From IMG/VR virus record IMGVR_UViG_3300023174_000112, positions 1 through 64,000 of that record: a DNA stretch of 64,000 bases; one strand, 5' to 3'. Every line of letters begins with the position of its first letter. Positions within the stretch are counted from its first letter, which is position 1. Made by a program: the position numbers and the translations under genes. The notes beneath the pieces were generated by a model that saw only the letters and a list, made by a program, of their open reading frames with translations, was not told the DNA's origin and searched no databases. Below, piece after piece: positions 19,487 to 31,400 of this stretch. The stretch comes from a virus.

Positions 19487-22400
19487 ATGGCAAATACAAT
19501 ATTAATCAAGCGCTCAGGCAATGTTTCCGCACAACCAAGCGGGGCACAACTAGCCTTAGGCGAACTGGCAATCAACTACACCGATGGCAACTTGTTCTAC
19601 AAAGACAATGCAGGTGCCATTCAAGTAATTGCTAGTAAGCAATTTGTTTCAGTCACTGGCAATATCACTGGTGGAAACATACTGACTGGTGGATTGATCT
19701 CAGCCACAGGCAACGTAACTGGCGGCAATATCATAACTGCTGGAGCAATTTCCGGCTCAAGTGTCAGTGTCAGCGGCAATGTAACTGGCGGTAATTTGAA
19801 TGCCTCAGGTTTGAGCTTGAGCTCAAACGTTTTGTCAGCGTTGAATTCCACATCAAATATCACCACCACAGCCAACATCGCTGCCAATTACTTCATTGGT
19901 AATGGATCGCAACTGACTGGTATTGATGCCACCAGCATCCAAAACGGCAACAGCAACGTAAAAGTTTATGCCAATGCCAACGTAACCACCAGCGTAAATG
20001 GCGTAGCAAATGTTGTAGTAGTGTCAGATACAGGTCAATATGTTACAGGGCTGATTTCAGCCACAGGCAACATCATCGGTGGCAACATCACTACCACTGG
20101 ATCTGGCGGCAACATTTCTGGCGCCAATGTAATTTCTGGTACCACACTCAGTGCCACTGGCAACGTCAACGCCACTGTTGTCAGTGCCACAGGCAATGTA
20201 ATTGCGGGCAATTTAAATGCTGCTGGCCTGAGCTTGAGCTCAAATGTTGTATCCGCACTCAATGTCACAGGTAATATTGCTGGTGCAAATGTAACAACTC
20301 CTGGTCTAATTTCAGCCACAGGCAATATTGCTGGCGGCAACGTCAACACAGGTATTGTCAGTGCCACAGGTAACGTACAAGCCGGCAACTTGAATGCTGC
20401 TGGTTTGAGCCTAAGTTCAAACGTTGTTAGTACATTGAACGTCACAAGCAATATTGCTGGTGGCAACTTAACAACTCCTGGTCTAATTTCAGCTACAGGC
20501 AATATTGCAGGTGGCAACGTCAACACTGGCATTGTCAGCGCTACAGGTAATGTTCAATCTGGCAATGTCAATACTGGTAATTTGAGCCTGAGTGGCAATA
20601 TTATCAGTGCATTGAATGTCACTGGCAATGTAACTGGCGGCAATATTATATCTGTTGCTGCTATTTCCGGCGCTTCGGTAAGTGTGAGTGGCAATGTTGA
20701 CGGTGCCAATGTCAATGGCACAACTGTAAGTGCAACTGGCAATGTGGTAGCTGGCAATGTAAATGCTGGCTCAGGCTCAATTTCTACCACCGGCAACGTC
20801 AATGGTGGTAACATCAATACTAATAGTATTGTTGGTACTGGTACTGCAATCAAATCCACAGGCGATTTAACTCTAAGTACAACTGGTAATGTTGTAGTTA
20901 ATAGCTATATCAATGGAGTAACAAGCCCAGTACAAGATTCAGACGCAGCCAACAAAGCCTACGTTGATTCAGTTGCTCAAGGACTTGATGTCAAGGCCTC
21001 AGTGGTATACGCCACAACTGTGGCATTGCCAGCTTACACTTATAATAACGGCACAGCAGGTGTTGGCGCAACTATTACAGCCAACACCTTTGGCACATTG
21101 AGCATTGACAGCTCGTCGCCTAGTGCCACCAATCGCGTGTTGATTAAAAATGAAACCGGTGCCAATGAGCCTTACAATGGTATCTACGTGGTTACCAATG
21201 CTGGCGGGGTAGGCGCTGCATTTGTATTGACTCGGGCCACTGATTTTGACAATGGATCTCCATCAGGAGAAATTCCAGGAGCATTTACATTCGTCGAAGC
21301 AGGTTCTACTAATGCTGATACTGGTTGGGTATGTACCACTAATTCGCCAGTTGTTGTGGGTACCACCAATATTGTGTTTGCTCAGTTCTCAGGTGCAGGT
21401 CAATACACAGCCAACACGTCAGCAGGTCTAAGTCTAATTGGCACTCAGTTCAACGCCAAAGTTGATGGTATTACTACCGCATTTGATGTTGGTGGCAATA
21501 TCATTGTCAAAGCCAGTGCAAATCTCACAACTCCAAATATTGGTGCAGCCACTGGTACAAGTTTAAGCACAACTGGTTCCATAACCGGTGATGTGGTAAC
21601 TGGTAACACAGTTAGCTCAGTGGGCAATGTGATTGCAGGCAACTTGAATGCTGCTGGTTTGAGCTTGAGCTCAAACGTTGTTAGCAATTTGAATGTAAGT
21701 GGCAACGTTGCTGGCAGTAACATAACAACTCCAGGATTGATCAGTGCTACTGGTAACATCGCTGGTGGTAATGTCAATACTGGCATTGTCAGTGCCACAG
21801 GCAATGTGGTAGCAGGCAACTTGAACGCCGCAGGATTGAGTCTAAGTTCAAATGTTGTCAGTGCATTGAATGTCACAGGTGATATTGCTGGTGCAAATGT
21901 AACCACACCTGGACTGGTTTCAGCCACAGGCAACATCACTGGTGGCAATGTCAACACAGTACTGGTCAGTGCTAGTGGCAATGTGATTGCTGGCAACTTG
22001 AATGCTGCTGGCTTGAGCTTGTCAAGCAACGTTGTTAGTGCATTGAATGTCACTAGCAACATTGCTGGCGGTAACTTAACAACACCTGGACTGATTTCAG
22101 CAACTGGTAATATTGCTGGCGGTAACGTTAACACTACCAACTTGAGTTTGAGTGGTAATGTTGTCAGTGCATTGAACGTAACTGGCAACGCTACCGCAGG
22201 CAATATCATATCTGTTGGAGCAGTTTCTGGTGCAAGTGTCAGCGCTTCAGGCAATGTTGATGGTGGCAATGTCAACACCACTATTGTCAGCGCAACTGGT
22301 AATGTCATAGCTGGCAATGTCAATGCAACCAATTTGAGCCTAAGTGGTAACGTTGTCAGCGCATTGAACATAACTGGCAATGCCACAGCAGGTAACCTTA

Positions 22401-25400
22401 TATCTGTTGCTGCCATTTCAGGCGCAAGTGTCAGTGCTTCGGGCAACATCACTGGTGGTAATTTAAACGCTGCTGGCTTGAGTTTGAGTTCAAACGTAGT
22501 ATCTGCGTTGAATTCAACATCAAATATCACTACCACAGCCAACATCGCTGCCAATTATTTTATTGGTAACGGATCACAACTAACTGGCATTGATGCTACC
22601 AGCATCCAAAATGGCAATAGCAATGTAAAAGTCTATGCCAACGGTAATGTAACAACATCTGTGAATGGCACAGCAAATGTGTTAGTAGTAACAGACACTG
22701 GACTGAATGTCACTGGCACAATAAGTTCCAATGGCAATGTAACTGGCGGTAACATCATTACCAGTGCCGCAGTAAGTGCTGGCTCTGTATCAGCAAGTGG
22801 CAACATCACAGGCGGCAATTTGAATGCTGCTGGTTTGAGCCTTTCGAGCAATGTTGTTAGTTCATTGAATGTCACAGGTGATGTTGCTGGTGCAAATGTA
22901 ACAACTCCTGGACTGGTTTCAGCCACTGGCAACATCACCGGTGGCAACGTCAACACTACCAATTTAAGCCTAAGCGGCAATGTTATCAGTGGACTGAATG
23001 TCACTGGCAACGCCACAGCAGGCAACGTTATATCTGTTGGCGCCATTTCAGGCGCATCGGTATCTTCAAATGGCAACGTAACTGGTGGCAATTTGATCAC
23101 CACGGCTGCTGTCAGCGCTGGATCTGTATCTTCAAGTGGCAATGTAACTGGCGGTAACATCATAACCAGTGCTGCTGTAAGTGCTGGATCTGTATCAGCA
23201 AGTGGCAACGTAACCGGTGGTAACTTGAATGCTGCTGGATTGAGCCTGAGCTCAAATGTTGTGAGTGATTTGAATGTAACTTCAAACATTGCCGCCGGCA
23301 ATGTAACAACACCTGGCTTGATTTCGGCCACAGGCAACGTTGCTAGTGGCAACGTCAACACAGGCAACTTGAGTCTGAGCGGCAACGTTATCAGCAACTT
23401 GAATGTCACTGGTAACGCCACAGCAGGCAATATCATATCTGTTGGTGCCATTTCAGGCAGCTCAGTAAGCGTAAGTGGCAATGTAACTGGTGGCAATTTG
23501 AATGCCTCAGGATTGAGCCTGAGCGGTAATGTGTTGAGTGCTATAAACTCAACATCAAACATCACCACCACAGCCAATATTTCTGCCAATTATTATATTG
23601 GTAATGGTAGCCAATTAACTGGTGTATCAGCTGACACAGCCAAGAGAATAGCCAACGGCACATCAAATGTAGACATAGCTGTGGCCGGCGGTAATATTAC
23701 CACTGGTGTAAACGGCACAGCAAATGTCATTGTAGTGTCAGATGGCGGACAGTATGTCACTGGGTTGATCAGCGCAAATGGCAACATCACCGGTGGTAAT
23801 TTACTGACTTCTGGTAATGTACGCACTGAAAACATAGTTAATCCAACAGCCAACACAAGTATTGGAATGGGCAACGGCAGCGGTATAGTAGTAATTACTT
23901 CAGCCGGCAACTCAACACAATTCAAGCCAGGTGGTCAAGTAGAATTAGGCGGTGCTTCACAAATTATTGGCGGAACATTTGGTGGGTCTGGTGTCACATT
24001 AGGCGGTAGTCAAACAGACATATTCCAAAATCGTGGTGGCAATGTAACAGTACAAGTTGGCACAGGCGGAACAATCGCCAATACTTGGACATTTGCACAA
24101 GATGGTTCGTTCAGCTCTCCTGGTGCAATTTCCGCAGTGGGCAACGTAACTGGTGGCAACTTGAATGCTGCTGGATTAAGTTTGTCAAGCAATGTTGTTA
24201 GTAATTTGAACGTGACATCAAACATTGCCGGCGGTAACGTAACAACACCTGGCTTGATTTCAGCCACAGGCAATATTGCAGGTGGCAATGTCAATACCAC
24301 TATTGTGAGTGCTACAGGCAACGTGGTTGCTGGTAATTTGAATGCAGCTGGCCTCAGCTTGAGCTCAAATGTGGTCAGCAATTTGAATGTCACCAGCAAC
24401 ATTGCTGGTGGCAACGTAACAACACCTGGCTTGATCTCAGCCACAGGCAATGTAACAGGCGGTAATATTATAACCAGTGCCGCAGTAAGTGCTGGCAGTG
24501 TGAGTGCAAGTGGCAACATTGATGGTGGTAACTTGAATGCCGCTGGTCTAAGTTTGAGTTCAAACGTTGTCAGCAACTTGAACGTAACTGGCCAAATTGC
24601 TGGTTCTAATATCACAACTCCTGGACTGATCAGTGCTACAGGCAACATCACCGGCGGAAACCTAATCACTAGTGCTGCTGTAAGTGCTGGATCTGTAAGT
24701 GCAAGTGGCAATGTCACAGGCGGCAATTTGAATGCCGCTGGATTGAGTTTATCCAGCAATGTTGTCAGCAACTTGAATGTTACTGCTAATATTGCAGGCG
24801 GCAACTTAACAACTCCTGGTTTAATTTCGGCCACAGGCAACGTACAAGCTGGCAATGTCAACACCACCAATCTGAGTTTGAGTGGCAACGTGGTCAGTGG
24901 ACTGAATGTCACAGGCAATATCACTGGCGGCAACATCATATCCATAGCAGCTATTAGTGGTGCATCAGTATCGGTCAGCGGCAATGTCGATGGTGCCAAT
25001 GTCAACGCAACAACTGTAAGCGCCACAGGTAACGTGATTGGTGCCAATGTCAATGCAACAACTCTAAGTGCTATAGGCAACGTGATTGCTGGCAACGTTA
25101 ACACCAACACTGTTGTTGGTACTGGCACCACAATCAAATCCACAGGCGATTTGACTCTAAGCTCTACAGGCAACGTTGTGGTCAACAGCTACATCAATGG
25201 AGTAACAACACCAGTACAAGACTCTGATGCGGCCAACAAAGCCTATGTTGACTCAGTTGCACAAGGACTGGATGTCAAAGCATCGGTTGTGTATGCCACA
25301 ACTGCACCATTGCCCGCTTACACTTATAATAATGGCACAGCAGGAGTGGGCGCGACCATTACAGCCAACGCATTTGGAGCACTGAGTATTGACAGCTCAT

Positions 25401-28400
25401 CGCCCAGTGCCACAAATCGTGTGTTGATCAAGAATGAAACTGGTGCTAACCAGCCATACAATGGTATCTATTTGGTTACCAATGCTGGTAGTGCCGGAGC
25501 TGCATTTGTACTGACTCGTGCAACAGATTTTGACAATGGATCTCCGTCAGGTGAAATCCCAGGTGCATTCACATTCGTTGAAGATGGACCGGTCAATGCT
25601 GACACTGGCTGGGTATGCACCACAAATTCTCCAGTCACGGTAGGCACAACAAACATTGTGTTTGCTCAGTTCTCTGGTGCAGGACAGTACACAGCCAATA
25701 CTTCAGCAGGCCTGAGCCTGATTGGTACTCAATTCAATGCCAAAGTTGACAATGACACCACAGCATTTGACGTATCAGGTAATATTATTGTCAAAGCTGG
25801 TGCAAATCTTACTACTCCAAATATTGGTGCTGCTACTGGTACAAGTTTGAGCACGACAGGCAACATTACTGGTAATGTATTATTTGGTAACACAGTTAGC
25901 TCAGTGGGTAATGTTATTTCGGGCAATGTCAACACTGGTAACATAAGCCTGAGTGGCAACGTTATCAGCAACTTGACAGTCACTGGTCAAGTAACTGGTA
26001 GCAATATCTACTCCAATGGATATATATCAGCTTCTGGCACCATTGATACGTTGGGCAATATTGGTGGCGGCAATTTAAACACTGGAGGTTTGGTCAGTGC
26101 CACAGGCAACGTCCGTGGTGGTAATATCACCACAGCCAATGCTGTAACTGCTGGGTCAGTCAGTGCAAGTGGCAATGTCACTGGCGGCAATGTATTAACC
26201 GGTGGATTGATTAGTTCTACTGGTAACATCACAGGCAGCAATGTCAACACAGGCATTGTCAGCGCCACAGGCAATGTTGTTGCTGGCAACTTGAATGCAG
26301 CTGGATTGAGTCTAAGTTCAAATGTTGTATCTGCACTCAATGTCACAGGCAATATTGCTGGTGCAAATGTAACCACACCGGGATTGATTAGTGCCACAGG
26401 CAATGTCACAAGTGGCAACGTCAACACTGGCATTGTCAGTGCAACTGGCAACATTATTGGTGGAAACTTAAATGCAGTTGGATTGAGCCTAAGTGGCAAT
26501 GTTATCAGTGCATTGAACGTAACTGGCAATGTCAATGCTGGCAATGTCAATGCCACAGCAAACATTTATACTGATGGATACATTTACGCCAACACAGAAA
26601 TTGGTGGTGCTAACATAATATCACCTGGATTTGTAAGTGCTAATGGCAACATCATTGGTGGCAATGTCAAAACTGGTAATTTAAGCCTAAGTGGCAATGT
26701 ATTGAGCGCTATCAACTCAACATCAAATATCACCACAAGTGCTAACATTGCAGCCAACTACTTTATTGGTAACGGGTCACAGTTAACTGGACTGCCAAGT
26801 CCTAATAAAATTTACAACGGCACCTCAGAAGCCAACATTGGTACTGCAAACGGCAATGCCAATATTTCTATAAACGGCACATCAAATGTTGCTGTGTTCA
26901 GTCAAGACGGACTGGCGGTAACAGGAACTGTTTCCTCTAGTGGTAACATTACCACAGGCGGTTCTATTATCACAGGCGGTACTGGCACTGGTAACATCAC
27001 AGGTGCCAATGTTGTTTCGGCAATCACATTGAGTGCCACAGGCAATGTCATTGGCGGAAATGTCAATGCTGGCCAATTGTCTGTAAGTGGCAATGTAATC
27101 AGTCCATTGGATGTGACAGGCAATATCACCGCAGGTAATATCATATCTGTGGCTGCTGTTTCGGGTGCAAGTGTTAGTGCAAGTGGCAACATCACTGGCG
27201 GCAATTTGAATGCTGCTGGGTTGAGTTTAACCAGCAATGTTGTCAGTGCATTGAATGTCACAGGTAACATAGCTGGTGGCAATGTAACTACACCTGGACT
27301 GATCAGCGCTACAGGCAACGTCACTGGTGGTAACGTAAATGCAACCAACTTGAGTCTGAGTGGTAACGTTGTCAGTGCATTGAATGTCACTGGCAACGCC
27401 ACAGCAGGTAATATTATATCTATTGCTGCTATTTCAGGTGCTAGTGTCAGCGCAAGTGGTAACATCACTGGCGGCAATGTCAACACTGGTATTGTCAGTG
27501 CCACAGGCAACATTGAAGGTGGCAACATCAATGCAACAACATTGAGTGCTACAGGCAATGTCAATGGCGGCAATGTCAACACCAACAATGTTGTTGGTAC
27601 CGGTACTACAATCAAATCTACAGGCGATTTGAATCTGAGTGCAACTGGCAATGTTGTTGTCAATAGTTACATTAACAATGTAACAACTCCTGTGCAAGAC
27701 TCTGACGCAGCCAACAAAGGCTACGTTGACTCAGTGGCGCAAGGACTTGACCCCAAAGCATCAGTGGCTTATGCCACAACTGGTGCATTGCCAGCTTATA
27801 CCTACAACAATGGTACAAGTGGAGTTGGTGCTACCATCACTGCCAACACCAATGGTGCTTTGAGCATTGACAGCTCATCGCCTGGCGTCACAAATCGTGT
27901 GTTGGTTAAAAATGAAACAGGTGCTAATGCTCCTTACAACGGCATCTATGTGGTCACTGACACAGGTGGCGCAGGCTCACCATTTATATTGACCCGGGCC
28001 AGCGACTTCAATCAGCCTAGTGAAATTCCAAGTGCGTTTACTTTTGTTGAAGATGGTCCTACAAATGCTGACACTGGTTGGGTATGTACTACTAATGCTC
28101 CAGTCACTATTGGAACAACAAACATTGTATTTTCTCAGTTCTCTGGTGCAGGACAATACACAGCCAACACCTCAGCTGGTTTGAGCCTAACTGGTACAGT
28201 ATTCAGTGCCAAAGTTGACCAAAATACCACTGCATTTGATGGGTCAGGCAACATCATTGTCAAGGCCAATGCAAATCTTACAACACCCAATATTGGTGCG
28301 GCCACTGGTACAAGTTTAAGCACCACTGGCAACATCACTGGCAATGTGTTGATTGGTAACACAATCAGTACCACAGGCAATGTGATTGCAGGTAATTTGA

Positions 28401-31400
28401 ATGCCGCTGGATTGAGTTTGAGCTCAAACGTTGTCAGCAACTTGAATGTAACTGGCGTTATTGCTGGTGCTAACGTAACAACACCTGGACTGGTTTCAGC
28501 CACAGGCAACATCACGGGTGGCAACGTCAACACTGGCATTGTCAGTGCTTCAGGCAATGTTCAAGCAGGCAATTTGAATGCCGCTGGATTGAGTTTGAGC
28601 TCAAATGTTGTGAGTGACTTGAATGTTACCAGCAACATCACTGGTGGTAATGTACAGGCTGTCTCATTGTTGAAGACCAATAATTTCAGCATCAGCGGCA
28701 ATGTCACCGGTGATTTGTTGCCCAGTGCCAACATCACATATGATTTGGGTAGCAGTACACAACGCTGGAAAGATTTGTGGTTGTCTGGCACTAGCATCAA
28801 ACTAGGTGCACAGACAATATCAGCCAATGCTACAGCAGTCAGTGTTGGCGCCACAACTGATATTGCAGCCAACAATGTCACAGCAGTAAGTCAGGTAAGT
28901 GGTGCCACAGTCAGTGCAAGTGGCAACGTAACCGGTGGCAACGTATTGACTGGTGGATTGATTAGTGCCACAGGCAACGTAACTGGTGGCAATTTGGTCA
29001 CTGGTGCGGCAGTCAGTGCTGGTAGTGTCAGTGCAAGTGGCAACGTAACTGGTGGCAATATTGTAACCAGTGCCGCAGTCAGCGCCGGATCAGTTAGTGC
29101 AAGTGGCAATGTAACCGGTGGCAATCTAAACGCCGCTGGACTAAGTTTGTCAAGCAATGTTGTATCTGCACTCAATGTCACAGGTGACATTGCCGGTGCT
29201 AACGTAACAACACCTGGACTGATCTCAGCCACAGGCAACGTAACTGGTGGCAACATTGTAACCAGTGCCGCTGTAAGTGCTGGTTCTGTGAGTGCAAGTG
29301 GCAATGTAACCGGTGGCAATCTGAATGCCTCAGGATTGAGTCTAAGTGGCAATGTGTTGAGTGTGATTAATAGCACTTCAAACATCACCACAACTGGCAA
29401 TATTGCTGCCAACTACTTGTTGGGTAACATTGCATACGCAAATGGTTACAGTGCCAGCAAAATTTACAATGGCGTCAGCGAAGTCAACATTGGCATTGCC
29501 AACGGCAATGCCAATATCAGCATAAACGGCAGCTCAAATGTTGCTGTGTTCAGCACAAGTGGTTTGGACATCACTGGTACAATAAGTGCCAATGGTAATA
29601 TCACTGGTGGCAATCTGAATGCAACCAACTTGAGCCTAAGTGGCAATGTGGTGAGTGCATTGAACATCACTGGCAATGCCACAGCAGGTAACATTATATC
29701 TGTGGCAGCTATCTCGGGGGCCAGTGTCAGCGCAAGTGGTAATGTTCAAGCAGGCAACGTCAATGCCACTGGACTGAGCCTAAGTGGCAATGTGGTGAGT
29801 GCATTGAACATCACAGGCAATGCCACAGCAGGCAACATCATATCTGTGGCAGCTATTAGTGGTGCAAGTGTCAGTGCAAGTGGCAACATCACAGGTGGCA
29901 ACGTCAACACCGGTATTTTGAGCGCCACAGGCAACATTGAGGGTGGCAACATCAATGCAACCACACTGAGTGCCACAGGCAATGTCAATGGTGGCAATGT
30001 CAATACCAATAGTATTGTTGGTACCAGCACCACAATCAAGTCCACAGGTGATTTAAATTTGAGTGCTACAGGTAATGTTGTGGTCAACAGCTACATCAAC
30101 GGCGTCACAGCCCCTGTACAAGACACAGATGCAGCCAACAAAGCCTATGTTGATTCAGTTGCACAAGGACTGGATGTCAAAGCATCAGTGCTTTATGCTA
30201 CAACCACTGCACTGCCTGCTTATACCTACAACAATGGCACAGCAGGAGTAGGCGCAACCATCACTGCTAACGCATTTGGTACTTTGAGCATTGACAGCTC
30301 ATCACCCAGTGCCACAAGTCGTGTGCTGATCAAGAACGAAACAGGAGCCAATGCACCTTACAACGGTATCTATTTGGTCACCAACGCTGGTGGTGCTGGT
30401 GCTGCATTTGTTCTGACTCGTGCCACTGATTTTGATAACGGATCTCCATCTGGAGAAATTCCTGGCGCATTTACTTTTGTTGAAGATGGTCCTACCAACG
30501 CCGACACTGGTTGGGTGTGTACTACCAATGCTCCAGTCACAGTGGGCACAACAAACATTGTGTTTGCTCAGTTCTCAGGTGCAGGACAATACACAGCCAA
30601 CACTTCTGCTGGTTTAAGTCTAATTGGTACGCAGTTCAATGCCAAAGTTGACAACAACACCACAGCGTTTGACGTATCAGGCAATATCATTGTCAAAGCC
30701 AGTGCCAATTTGACCACACCCAACATTGGTGCTGCCACAGGTACTAGCCTAAGCACCACTGGCAACATCACTGGTGATGTGGTAATTGGTAATGTGATCA
30801 GCACAACTGGCAACGTAATTGCTGGCAATTTGAATGCTGCTGGTTTGAGTCTAAGCTCAAATGTTGTTAGTAATCTAAATGTCAGTGGCAATGTTGCTGG
30901 TTCAAATATCACAACTCCTGGATTGATCTCTGCCACAGGCAACGTCACAGGTGGTAATGTTATTACCAGCGCCGCAGTCAGTGCAGGTTCAATGAGTGCA
31001 AGCGGCAACATCACTGGTGGTAATTTGAATGCTGCTGGATTGAGTTTGTCAAGCAATGTTGTCAGCAACTTGAATGTCACAGCAAATATTGCTGGTGGCA
31101 ATGTAACCACCGCTGGACTGGTTTCAGCCACAGGCAACATCACCGGCGGCAATTTAATCACCAGTGCTGCCGTCAACGCAGGCAGTGTCAGTGCAAGTGG
31201 CAATGTCAATGGTGGCAACATCATATCTGCCGCAGCAATATCAGGCGCAAGTGTTAGTGCCAGTGGCAACGTTGACGGCGGTAATGTCAATACAACAATA
31301 TTGAGTGCCACAGGCAACATCATTGGCGGTAACTTGAATGCTGCTGGATTGAGTTTGTCAAGCAATGTTGTCAGCGCATTGAATGTAACAGGCGCCATCG